Assembly (NCBI RefSeq): GCF_018977255.1
Contig: NW_024704742.1
Span: 70,062,001 to 70,126,000 of the forward strand
Length of the DNA stretch: 64,000 bases
Reading direction: 5' to 3'
DNA from: Callorhinchus milii
Taxonomy: Eukaryota
The notes beneath the pieces are model-generated. The model was not told where the DNA came from. It made no database searches and worked only from the letters and a program-made list of their open reading frames with translations. Positions 26,121 through 38,135 of the stretch are shown here, one piece after another (the first letter of the stretch is position 1; every line of letters begins with the position of its first letter). The position numbers were made by a program, and so were the translations under genes.

Positions 26121-29100
26121 ATATATATTATTAAAATTTTTTAATGTAAGATAGCATAAAATCGTGGAAAATCATTCAATTCTATCCTCATTTGGAAGCT
26201 GGTTTCTTTTTAAGAACTAGGGAAGTTCATTCACTTCACAGCTCTTTGTGGGACTCTGCGCAAATTGCCTGCCATGTTCACCTGCAAAATACAGTCACCA
26301 CACTTCACAGTAAAATCCTTTGAAGCACTATGAGAAGTCCTCCCAATGTGAAAGGAGCTCCATCAAATGTAAGGAATAATGGTATTTATTTAGAAAGGCT
26401 TCCAAAATAAGATTGAATTGAAGAATTTTCCATAGTCTTGCACATTCTTAAGCTTTAAGGTAAAATGATCTCTATCTAAGTGGAATTTCGGGGTCTCATA
26501 AATTCATTGTGTAATTAGGCTCAGCCCGTCTCTGAGGGACAAGCTGTAGCGGACTGCAGAGAGAGCTGTTTGGTGAAGAAATTGACTGTAATTTGAGAAG
26601 AAATATTGGATACATTTTCTTTTCACTTGAGAGAAAGACCACCATGACAGCACTCAATAGTGTTTCCCAGTGCTGTGTTATTTATAATAATGCTTTCTGT
26701 TTATAATAATATAATAATCCTTGCATTCAAACTTATCACATAAACTTGCCTATGGTTTTACCCCGCCCAGGAATCAAGCCCAGATCATCTCACTTACAAG
26801 GCGAGTGCCCTAACCAACACGTTGGATTCAACTTGCAAAGATAACAGGAGATGAGCGGGAAGAATTCCAGCTCCCAGCTGTCTCCTAGAAATCAAGGATT
26901 CCTCAAGATCTTTACAATAATTCTGTGCAGTGCTTTGAGATGTCTCAATGACGTGATAAGGCGCTATATCAGATGCACGGATTATGATTATTATTATTAT
27001 TATTACTATTATTATTATCGAAAGCATCCCATTTAGATCTCTCTCTACTCTAATTTTGAACATTCACTCCATGTCCCAAAGCATACTACCTTGCACTTTG
27101 CAATGTTAGATAGGATTGGTATTCAACAGGACATTATTATTGCTTAGAATGAATAAATAAAGCAGAGAGGAGACTGAACCCAATTACAACATGGCTTGTG
27201 GTTGCATTGAGTTGCATATTTAAGGATTGAATTAAAGATTAAAGCAACTCCATGAGATAAAAAACTTCTGTACATATTTATTATCCATTTCTTTTACTTC
27301 AGCTTCCTTACGTCTATCCCTGCCTCACCCCAATGGGGCCAGAAGCCTTACCTGTTCTCTGCCATCTCAAGACTTAATTCTCCTCGCTGGCCGTCCAACC
27401 TCCATAAACTCCAAATAATACAGAGCTCCACTAATCCCATTCTCCTGCTCTTTCCCCATCGTGTCTATGCTGGTGCTCGCTCCCCCACTGGAGCTCTCTA
27501 TTCTAATTTCATTCCCTGCTCTCTCCCCATAGTGTCTGTGCTGGTGCTCACTTCCCCACTGGAGCTCCTTGATGGAATGTCAGAATTGAGTCAGCCCTCT
27601 ATGATGGTCTCCAGTCCGGTTCCTGAGCCAGGTCGGTCCTCAGTATTCCAGGGCACTGCTGATGACAGCACAGCCCAGCCTGGCTCATCGGTAGGACCTG
27701 GAAGGGCAGACCAGTCACTGGGGGCAGGGAGACATCTCACTCAGCTCCTGTTACCCCTGTCTGGATGTGTGTGTCTCGCTCCCTGACTTGCCTCGGGCCT
27801 ATGTCCTTGTTCCCCTCCCCCAAGTTGTCCATATAGTTTTTGTTAAAGAAAACGTTAATAAATTGTGTTTTTTTTGGCAACAATCAATGATGTGTTATTT
27901 CTTCATGTTCAGTTTTTAATCAATAAATGAAAATAATGTAGGTTAGCAGTAAAATAGCACCAACCAACTCTCCGCAATTTTCTGTAAAACTTTCCTGCAA
28001 TTATCTATTTGCCCTGGTCATGTGTTTTTTACTCCAGCAGTGACCCAACGCAAACTCTGGGGTCCCCAAGCATTATTTTTTCCCAAGCTGGACCTAATAC
28101 GTTCCAGAATTAGGTAAGCAGGGTGAGTCCCTCCAGGGAGAGAGTGCATATTCCATTCCAACAATCTATCTCTGGGATTTCCATGTGTAGGTGGGAGGCA
28201 TGGAATCCTCAGCTTGGTTTGGAGACTCTTAAGCATGGCGATGGGTTTCTGTATGTGTCAGACATCCAGCTGACTGAATAAAATGTTCTCTAATCCCATA
28301 TCTCCGTCTTCCTATGTTCCTAAATCAAAAGGGACACTAATGCAGTAACAACGCAACGAGAAATAGGAATGTGTCAAAACGCCATCGTGAGCTGCCAGTT
28401 GTTGCCAGCACAGGTGACAACTTAATTGTGAAAATGGAGATCATATGTAAAACGCTCTCTTAAAGAGAAAAATTCATTCAGTTCAGCCATTCGATGCTGG
28501 ATGCAAATAGCTGCTCGCTACCAATAAAATAATATCCTCTCACCAGACACGTTCTGGTGGGTGTCAGACAGCAACTAAGAACCAACGAACCTTAGATATT
28601 TAAGGCACAGAAGAAGGCTATTCGGTCCATTGTATTCGTGCTGGCTCTTTAAAAGAGCAACATATACATTATTTATTTAAAAAATTAAAAAATAATAATA
28701 GTAATTTGGTCACTCAATGCAAGACTATTTGTGAACATTGCTGTGCGCAATTGGCTTCTGCATTTCACCCACAAAGTATACAGTCAATTCACTTCACAGT
28801 AGATCCTGTGAAGCGCTTTGAGACATCTCAACGACCTGATAAGGCGTTATATCAAATGTAATTATTATTATTATACATAGATACAACAAAACCAAACAAC
28901 TCCCATTTACACAGAGCCCTTCATATAGCGTGGCATCTCAAAGCGCTTTACAGAGACAGTAACAGATACTGATTTGGGGGGTGAGGGTGTGGGAGTGCTG
29001 ATGGGTGTGGAGGGAGGTGACTGTAGACATGGTCAAAAAGTTTTAAGACGGCTTCCAAAGCTACTATAAAACAGATTTGATCCAACCAGATCAGACTGCA

Positions 29101-30954
29101 ACCAACATTAATGATTGTTAATAAAATTAAAAAGACACAGGGAGCTTTTTATAGTGTGCCACCTTTTCATTTTAAAGCAGAATGAAACCCATCAATAATG
29201 AATCGATTATTACTTATATTATTACTTAGTATTGTTTACAGCTTTATAAAACATTCACTTCTTCTGTGTTTTTTTAATTTAATTAAAAATCATTCATTAT
29301 AAAAATAATTACTTCATGTGATTCATGATTGATGGGTTCCATTCCGCTTTTAATTTATTATTTTAATTTAATTTATTATCTTATTTTAATTTATTATTCA
29401 TCAATAATGAATCTTCCTCTGCGCCCGTGCCAATGGTCATCTCCCCCGTCCCACCTGCTCGGCGTCAGGCTCCTCCACTGTCAAGCGCACTGGGACGCGA
29501 CGCTGTTTGAGGGGCGGTATATACAAGTTGTTGTTGCAGTTATTTTTGCGTCGCTCGGTTGTGAAATTGGTTCCAAGTAACTAAGTCCTTCTGATAAAAC
29601 CTCCCAGAATGCATCCAACCAGAGTTGACAGCTCGAGTCTGTGCCCTGTTCAAGTGGATGTTGAAGATATGAGGATGCTCTTCAAAAACAGAAGGGAGTT
29701 TCTTTCTCCGGGTGTCCTGGATGACAATTCCCCCCCAAATAAAATTAGCCATTCACTTCACAGCTGTTTATGGGATGTTGCTGTGTAGAGCAACAGGGTC
29801 CGAAACATTGATTGTTCAACGCTTTGGGACGTCCTCCCGATGTGAAAGGCGCTATACAAATGTAATTTTGTTGTTGTACAAATTGGCTGTGTGTTGCCCT
29901 ACAAAATATATAGTCACTACACTTTACAGAAGATCCTGCGATACCCTTTGAGATGTCCTCCTGAATGTCAAAGGCCCTGTGTAAAAAAAAGACTTATTAT
30001 CATAAAGGAGGCTGGAAAATAATAATAATAATCCTTGCATTGTATTGTAAGGTGAATTGACTGTATATTGTTTGGGCAAAAATTTGGCAGCCAATTGCGT
30101 ACAGCAAAATTCCACAAACAGTCATGCATTGAATAATCACATTTTTTTTAGGGATTATTATGCCTGGAAAGCAATCTGCCAATCAATTAACAACCGGATT
30201 CCTACTTACTGCTAGATAAATAGAGGCGTGTGGAGTAAGGAAACTTAGCCTAAGCTTTCGACCTGCCCGGAAATGATATAAATATAAATGATGTGATTTA
30301 AGCATGTGTAACACAACAACAACAAATTACACTTGTATAGCGCCCTTCACATCGGGAAGACATCCCAGGGCGCTGGACAATCAGGGTTTTACAATGTTAC
30401 AAAATAAAGTCTGAGTGACACAACCCCTGGAATAGTTTGCACATCTGACCGCGAGTTGTATATTACACCCACTCTTTATCGCCGCACGACAACCCCAACA
30501 AGAAGATGCAACAGCGGCATCATAAAAATGGCCGCCTCTATGTCCGATCGCTGTTGACGTCAATCCCTTCCAGTGCTGACTGGTCAGATCATGTGCACGG
30601 CTCGAAGAGTGAAAATAATTCTTTTTCTCTTTACTGTTCAACGTGAATGGTCCTTTCGCATTGTCAGGTACATTTATTGGGGGGGTTGGGGGAGTGGGGG
30701 GGGTTGCAGGGGAGAGGTTTACAAATACCTGTTCCTGTGTTAATTATTGAAAGGGTCTCTGATCTTTTATATGAAATCAAATGCATCAGCAACTTTAAGA
30801 AACACAGGAATAGAGAGCGTTTTATAAAACACCTAATCTTTTTGTTTAAAGCGGAATGAAGCCCATCAATAATGAATCAACTGAAGTAGTCGCCCCCACA
30901 GCAACAGCCCATGCAAAAACAATAAGCTCCACCTGTAAAGTTTGGCCTCTTATA

Positions 30955-31540
30955 TCCTGCAAACCAAAGCCCTAATGGGTAGGAACAAAACACAAAATAC
31001 TGCAGATGCTGGAATCTGAAATAAAAACAGAGAGAGCTGGGAAAACTCAGCAGGTCAGGCGGCATCTATAGGGAAAGTAAAGTGAGTCAATGTTTCGGGT
31101 CCACGACCCTTTGTCAGTACGCAAGTTCAGACGAAGGGTTATGGACCCGAAACGTTGACTCCTTTCCCTATAGATGCCACCTGACCTGCTGAGTTTTCCC
31201 AGCTCTCCCTAATGGGTAGGGTTGTCCCAGGTGAACAAGCAGCAGGAAAGTTCGTCAGTTATACAAGCTATGCGGTTTCATCTGGTTAGACACCAGCAGT
31301 TACTCCAACACATACACCAACACACACTCGGGGGATCGCCAAGCCTGGGCTCTTGCCACCCTGTGTCAAAAACCTTCCAGGATTAGGTAATCAGGATGTG
31401 TCCCTCCAGGGAGAGAGTGCACATTCCACTATCGCTGGGATTTCCATGTGTAGGTGGGATGCATGGAATTCTCAATTTGGTTTGGATACTTTTAAGAATG
31501 GTGATAGGTTTCCGCACGTGTCAGACACCCGGCTGACCCC
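30955..31540 (+). mobile_element. LF-SINE-like repeat interrupted by the Penelope palindrome
   Basis: Sequence is continuous across the TSD once the insert is removed. Other copies near 4285, 8090, 11480, 27575, 28030, 33955, 34680 and 48855. Confidence 0.72.
30984..31206. mobile_element. Penelope-like terminal-repeat palindrome with a 14-bp target-site duplication
   Basis: Arms 31032-31117 and ~31125-31207 are near-perfect inverted repeats; CCCTAATGGGTAGG is duplicated at 30970-30983 and 31207-31220; homologous to the 3' end of the Penelope fragment at 61500-61612. Confidence 0.85.
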
Positions 31541-31894
31541 TCAAAAATACAAAGCTTCCACTGCTCTCAGGATTGACCGGCATTGACCGGTGGAGTCCTG
31601 CAGCTCACTGGTTAGAGCACTCACCTCGCAAGCGAGAGATCTGGGTTCTATTTCCGGGCAGGGTAAAATGTTAGGCAAGTTTCCTTACTCCACACGTAGC
31701 TGTTTACCTAGCAGTAAGTAGAAACCTGGTTGTTAGTTGATTGGCGAATCACTTTTCCCACAAAATATACAGTCAATTCACTTTACAATATATTCTCTGA
31801 AGCACTTTGAAATGTCTCCAAGACGTGATAAGGCACTATATCAAATGCAATGATTATTATTAATATCTCTTAATTGGTTGAAGTTGTCAATTGC

Positions 31895-32250
31895 CTCAGT
31901 CCCCCACCCTCCTAATCCCCTACCAACCTGTTCGCTCCCTCCATCAGCGGGCTCCGACCTGCTTCACTTCCCCCACCTTGCCTGCCCCACCATTGGTGCG
32001 CAGGCCTTCAGCCTCTCTGCCCCCACCCTCTGGAACTCCATCCCACAGACCCTCTACCTCATCCCCTCCCTTCCTCCTTCAAGACCCATCTCAAGACCCT
32101 CCTCTGTAGAAGTAAACCAAAACAAAGGGAAATGCCAGCCCACGAGATTGGATGAAGTAAACACTTTGGTCAATCACTTTGGCCCAGCGCCTTGGGACAT
32201 CCTCCCAACATGAAAGATGCTATACAAAGTAATGTTGTTGTTGTTGTTGT
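31895..32250 (+). mobile_element. L2 LINE 3' fragment
   Basis: PTIGAQAFSLSAPTLWNSIP; L2 tail plus (TTG)n. Confidence 0.8.
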
Positions 32251-32659
32251 ATCTGATCTCATCCATCCAGGACAATGTTTCCCCCATCACAGCGTCAAGC
32301 TGATTTTAAAATGAATCCCAACATCCTGGCATTAAGCACCATTCCTGGTTACCCTGTTTCAGTCATTAATTATTCTCTGAGTAAAGAACCTACCCTCTGG
32401 GTAGGTAAATAATCTATCCTCCATCTGTTCAGTGCCTTGGGATGTATTCACGACGTCAAAGGCACTATACAAATGTAAGTTTGCTGTTGCTGTATATTTT
32501 GTGGGTGAAACGCAGCAGCCATTTGCACACAGCAGTGTCCCACAAACAGTCATGAATTGAAGTGACCAATCTTTTTTGTTGAAGTATTATTGCCCCAGGA
32601 AAAGCAATAAGCCAATTGATTAACCAGTTTCCTACTTACTGCTAGGTAAACAGTAGTCA

Positions 32660-32820
32660 CGAGGAGTATAATGGAGGAACATATAGATATGGAAGTGGAG
32701 GGTTATGGAGGAGTATATAGACATGGAGCTGAAGGATATGGAGGAGACTTTGGACATGGATGTGGAGGATATGAAGGAGGATATGGACATAGAGGTGAAA
32801 GATATGGAGGAGAACTTGAA
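32660..32820 (+). repeat. 33-bp coding-like tandem repeat (consensus ~ggatatggaggaggatatggacatggaggtgga)
   Basis: About 4.5 units with 33-nt periodicity. Confidence 0.8.
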
Positions 32821-33454
32821 TGACGATGATGATTATCACAATTGGTTGGAGCATTCATTGCCTGTACCTCTTGGTCTTGGACTGGAGCAGCCCCCATTAG
32901 GGGCACCCAAGGTATGGAACTTATGATGTGGACTTTGGCCAAATAATCCCCCAGGACGACAAATCTGCTCCAGATTCGATCATGTACATGACAACCTTCT
33001 CTCATGGCTTTGGATTGGTTGGAATGCACGGTGCAGGATTCATAGAAGTAAAGGGAAAAGTTCCTCATGACTCAGAAAGCTAACCGGTGCTCCATTGATT
33101 GCGTCCACTGTGATAAACAAAGTCACGTCATTCGACGAAGATATCTATCAAGAGCTGTGACAAATCTCCACGTGAACAAATGAACAATTTTACCTGTAAA
33201 TTTTAACAAGTGCTGGACAGTGACACAAAATCAGAAGATTGGTTTAGGTAAAGAAGGTCCACAACAAAACTTTGGACCTCCATATACTCCTCCATATGTT
33301 GGATCAGTCTCACTCAATCCCTCCACCTTGGCCCCTCCTTTCCCATTTTCAGATCATGCCTGAAGACCTTCTTCTTTGACTGTGGGCCCCCAAATGGGAT
33401 CAAAGGGCCCCCAAATGTGATGTGGTTTAGGGCCCACTGATGCCTTAATCTATC

Positions 33455-33950
33455 GCCTCTCCCTCTCAAAGGTCTTTACTCTAATATCATTCTGGAGGCC
33501 AAAAACAACTCAAAGGCACTGTTCTCCACCTTCCATCACCTCAAATGACGTGCGAAGAGGTCCTAGATTTCTTTGTCTCAAAGATTGAAAACACCCCGCC
33601 TCCCCTACGTTGCCTTCTGCACCACCTAGCCTGTCTACACAACCTTCTCTTTCCATCATGTCCTCTCCCCCACTCCTATACACCTTTGTCCTGATTTCTC
33701 CCTCCCCCTCTCAACCATGATCTCCCAGATGAAGTCCACCACCTGCTGCCTCGATCCCCTCCTCACCCAGCTGCTGGTCACTCAACTCCCCTCCTCACCC
33801 AGCTGCTGGTCACTCAACTCCCCCTCCTCTCCCAGCTATTGGCCAACACAGTCAACAAGTTGCTCTCCTCAGGCTTTGTTCCTCTCCCCCTTACAACTGC
33901 CATCATCATTCCCATCCTTAAAAAAAAACACCCTAAACCCCTCAAATCTT
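33455..33950 (+). mobile_element. Degenerate internal L2 ORF2 fragment
   Basis: MKSTTCCLDPL motif typical of the L2 region preceding RT; C-rich strand. Confidence 0.65.
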
Positions 33951-35079
33951 ACATAGGTCATGCCTGAAGTAACTACTAGAGTCAAACCAGCTAAACTGCA
34001 TAACTTGCCATTCATATCACTGTCTGGCAAGTTTTCCTGCTGCGTGTCCAGCTAGGACCACCCTACCCATTAGAGCTTCAGCTTGTAGGATTAACAGGAG
34101 CTGAGTGAGATGACTCCCTGCCCCCAGTGACCGGTCTGCCCTTCCAAGTCCTGCTGATGAGCCAGGCTGGGCTGTGCAGTCATCAGCAGTGCTCTAGAAT
34201 ACAGAGGAACAAGACTAGAGACCGTCACAGAGGTTCTGATAACTTGTTGCTAAATAAGTCACCATCCCCCGCAAAAACAACCCCCCCCCAAAAAAAAACA
34301 CCCCTCTCAAAAACAAACACCCCAAAAAACAACCCCCACTCCCCCACCACCCCCCCCAAAACAGTTTACTTTCTGTGAACCTGCGCTACTGTGAACTAAG
34401 AATATCGGCATCCTTAAAATGAATTAAAGTAATTATTTATAACACATAGAGAAACTGCTGATTGGGTCTATTGCATGGATAGTTAAGAGATAGGCCTTCA
34501 GAAAGCAGAAACAGATCATGGAGATAGAAAGGAGCAAGGCCGTGCAGGGCAAAAGCCTTCCCCCACCTCCGCAACATTGCCCAGCTCCGCAACTGCCTCT
34601 CCCCTCAGGCTGCCGAGACCCTCATCCACGCATTCATCGCATCTAGGTTCAGTTTATATGCAGCAGTTTTAATTAGAGTTAACTGGAGTTAAAACTGGGA
34701 TTAGGTAAACAGGATGTCTCTCCAGGGAGAGAGCATGCATTCCTTTCCAATGAACAGGAATTTCCATGTGTAGGTGGCATGGAACTCCCAGTTTGATGTG
34801 GATATTCTTAAACATGGTGATGGGTTTCGTCATGTATAAGAAACCCAATTGACCAAAAATAAGGCACTTTTCACATCAAGAAGAAGTCCAAAAGTGCATT
34901 CACGGTGGAATGGCACCCGGGCTGGGTAAGAGCCGAGGGAGGGAGGTGAGGGGCCGAAAGCACTGTCAAAGAGGAATGTCTTTAGGTAGACCTTAAAGGA
35001 GGTAAGGAGGTCGAGCCAGGGGAAAGGAGGAGGTGACAGTAGGCATGGTTGAAGAGGAAGGTTTTCAGGCACGACCTGA

Positions 35080-35394
35080 AAATAATCCTTGCATTTGATA
35101 TAGCGCCTTTCACGTCGGGAGGATGTCCCAAAGCGCTTCACAGAACACACTGTAAAGCGAATTGACTGCATATTTGTGGGCGAACGCGGCAGTCAATTGC
35201 GCACAGCAATGTCCCACAAACAGTCGTAGATTGAAAATGACCAATTTATTATTGTTTTTGGTTTTGGAGGGATTATTATTAGGCTCTGTGTGGAGTAAGG
35301 AAACTTGCCCAAGGTTTCGCCCTCTGCCTGGAATTGAACTCGGGTCTCTCGCTTCCAAAGCGAGTACTCTAAGCACTGAGCTACAGGACTCCAC
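35080..35394 (-). mobile_element. tRNA-Ala-derived SINE, short young subfamily, abutting the RPAP2 fragment
   Basis: Same family; head begins about 33 nt after the RPAP2 stop codon. Confidence 0.92.
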
Positions 35395-35427
35395 GACTCA
35401 ATTACAAGATGTAATTGTACTTTTGTT

Positions 35428-35790
35428 TTACAGACCCCCCACACCATTCTTCTCATGGTATTTGAAGATGTTCTTCAAATTTTCCAGGTCTTCAATCTGG
35501 GCGTCAAATTCTTGCAGAAAAGTAGATATGAACATTTCTGAGGTCACACTCTGCAGAGTCTCCTGAAGAAGTGGAATCTTCACTGACAGTACTGCAAGCA
35601 GCACAATAGCGATTAGGGTCCATTGGGAGGGTCGGTGAAGGATATTTGTGTTTGTTAGCCTGAATGTTTTTACAAGTCTGCTTAGCTCAAGAGAAATGTC
35701 ACACATTGTAAGTCGAAGAGGCCCCAATATGTCAGGTAAAGCTTTTTTAAGTTTTTCCACAACAATTCGTCTTCTGATTTGGTGCCGTGC
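35428..35790 (-). pseudogene. RPAP2: Intronless 5'-truncated RPAP2 C-terminal fragment (probable processed retrocopy)
   Basis: ARHQIRRRIVVEKLKKALPDILGPLRLTMCDISLELSRLVKTFRLTNTNILHRPSQWTLIAIVLLAVL...EDLENLKNIF matches the recalled RPAP2 C-terminus. Homology starts abruptly near 35790 with no good acceptor, and no other RPAP2 exons are seen. Confidence 0.8.
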
Positions 35791-36147
35791 ACCAGATGAG
35801 TAGGGTTTGAGGAGGTCGCAGAAGCATAGGTGGAAATTGGCTGCTAAGTTCGCCTATAAAATACATAGTCACTACAATTTACATTAAAAACCTGTGAATC
35901 GCTCTGAGACCATCTCTTGACTTGAAAGGTGCTGCATCATTTGTACACATAAGTTTGTGGCTGGAGCAAATGTCTGTCAACCTACAGAAAGTCTTGACAG
36001 CAATTGCACTGAGTGCTTGGCAGCATTTTGACATTTGACATCACTAAAAATGTAAGTTTGTTTCCAGCCCACTTTTATTGAGCCCACTTTTGAGGCGTTA
36101 CATTTTTAACAAATAAGAATTATGTTATTGAATTAATTAAATAAAAG

Positions 36148-37616
36148 CTCAGTAGATTCGGGAATTGTGCCCTTAGATTGGAAAATTGTGAATGTCACCC
36201 CTTTAGTTAAGAAGGGAGGGGGAGAAACCAGGAAACTACAGACTTGTCAGCTTAATGTCAGTTGTAGGGAAAATACTGAAATCCACTATCAGGGATGGAA
36301 TGACTGAACACTTGGACAGGTATGAGCTAGTCAAAGAGAGTTAGCATGGGTTTGTGAATGATATGTCGGGTCTGACTAATCTAGTTGAATCTTTTGAGGA
36401 GGTCACTAAAATGGTGGATAGGAGAGTGGTGGATGTTGTTTATATGGACTTTCAGAAGGTATTTGATAAGGTTCCACACAAAAAATTATTAGCAAAAATG
36501 GAAGCACATGGAGTCGGAGGTAACCTTGTGAGATGGCCTTGGTAATGGTTTGGGAGGCAGGAAACAGAGAGTAAGGTTAAAGGGAATGTTCTCCGATTGG
36601 TGGGATGTGACAAGTGGTGTCCCCTAGGGGGCCGTACTGGGACCCCAGCTATTCGCCATATATATAAATGACTTGGATGAAGGACTAGAAAGTTTTATAT
36701 CCAAGTTGACAGACAACACTAAGCTAGGAGGCTCAGTAAGTTGTGTAGATAGGAGTAGGAAGTTACAAGGGACTTGGACAGATTAAGTGAGTGGGCAAAG
36801 CTGTAGCAGATGGAATTCAATGTAGGGAAGTATGAGGTCATGCACTATGGACCAAAAAATGATGAAGCAGAATATTTTCTTATTGGGGAGACATTAAGAA
36901 CTGTGGAGCAGCAAAGAGATTTGGGTGTCCATAATCCACAAATCACTAAAAACTAGTTCCCAGGTGCAAAAAGTAACTAAAAAGGTGAATGGTATGTTGG
37001 CCTTTATCTCAAGGAAGAAATGATGCTTCAGCTTTATAGAGGGTTAGTCAGACCCCATCTGGAGACTGCATTCAATTTTGGGCACCACACTTCAGGAAAG
37101 ATATATTGATCCTGGAGGGGCTGCAGCCCAGGTTCACCAGAATGTTACCAGGCCTAAAAGGGTTAAGTTTTGAGGAAAGGCTGTGTAAACTTGGATTGTA
37201 TTCCCTGGAGTTTAGAAGGTTGAGGGGTAATTTGATTGAGGTATTTAAGATGATAAAGGGATTTGATAGGGTAGATACAGGGAAGCTAATTCCTCTGGTG
37301 GGGGAATCCAAAACAAGGGGCATCGTCTTAAAATTAGAACCAGGCCATTTAAGAGTGAAATCAGGAAGCATTTTTTCACTCAAAGGGTGGTAGAAATCTG
37401 TAATTCTCTCTCCCAAAAGGCCATGGATGCTGGATCCATCCACACCTTCAAGAGTGAGGTTGATAAATTTTTGGTAGGTCAGGGTATTAAGGGATACGGG
37501 GAGAAAGCGGGAAATTGGAATTGAAAGGATTAGTTGAGGTACAGATCAGCCATGATCTAATTAAATAGTGGAACAGGCTCAAAGGGCTGAATGGCCTCCT
37601 CCTGTTCCCATGTTCC
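36148..37616 (+). mobile_element. Degenerate 5'-truncated CR1 LINE (RT region and 3' UTR)
   Basis: Fragments VDVVYMDFQKVFDKVPH and LGLYSLEFRRLRGNLIEVFK; CR1 3' end gggctgaatggcctcctcctgttccc. Confidence 0.92.
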
Positions 37617-37959
37617 AAGAAGGAACACAGAGCGGGTCATGGCACGGATGTGGGGTAGAAAGGACAGTTGAGGGTAGTGAGATTGTGGAATTCACTGCCC
37701 AAAGCGATGGTGGTTGAAGCAGGTAACATTTAAAAGGAAACTGGATGTACACATGTAAACACTGACACAGACTGGTTGAGCTGAAAGGCCTGTTTCCATG
37801 GTGTACATTCTTTGTAAATCCTTGTCAGCCGAGACTGTGAGTTCAAAGTCCCCGACGTGGGGCTTGAACCAACAACTTTCTGACTCAGAGGGGAGGGTGC
37901 TACTGACTTCTCTCAGTCTTAGTTTTATGCTACTGTTGTAAAACATAGCATAACACCTA

Positions 37960-38135
37960 CGCATGGCATGCAGGAAGTCACGTCAGCAAGGCTTCATGTG
38001 CACAACCGCTTAACACAAAGGAAGTTATGTCAGTGCAGCTTTTTGCATTTAGGGTGCCTGCGTGGCACTCAAGAAGTGCTGTCTGCGGGTCTTCCTGTGC
38101 GTGGCTCTCGTGCGCCCAGGAAGTGACATCAGCGT
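37960..38135. promoter_or_regulatory. Candidate enhancer/promoter with three ETS-CRE-like composite sites
   Basis: caggaagtcacgtca 37971-37985, aggaagttatgtca 38019-38032 and caggaagtgacatca 38117-38131, in unique CpG-retaining sequence. Confidence 0.4.

Noticed and set aside
32705..32926. Acidic ORF MEEYIDMELKDMEE..
   Set aside because: Alternative frame of the 33-bp repeat with no recognisable domain or splice context; not called as a gene.
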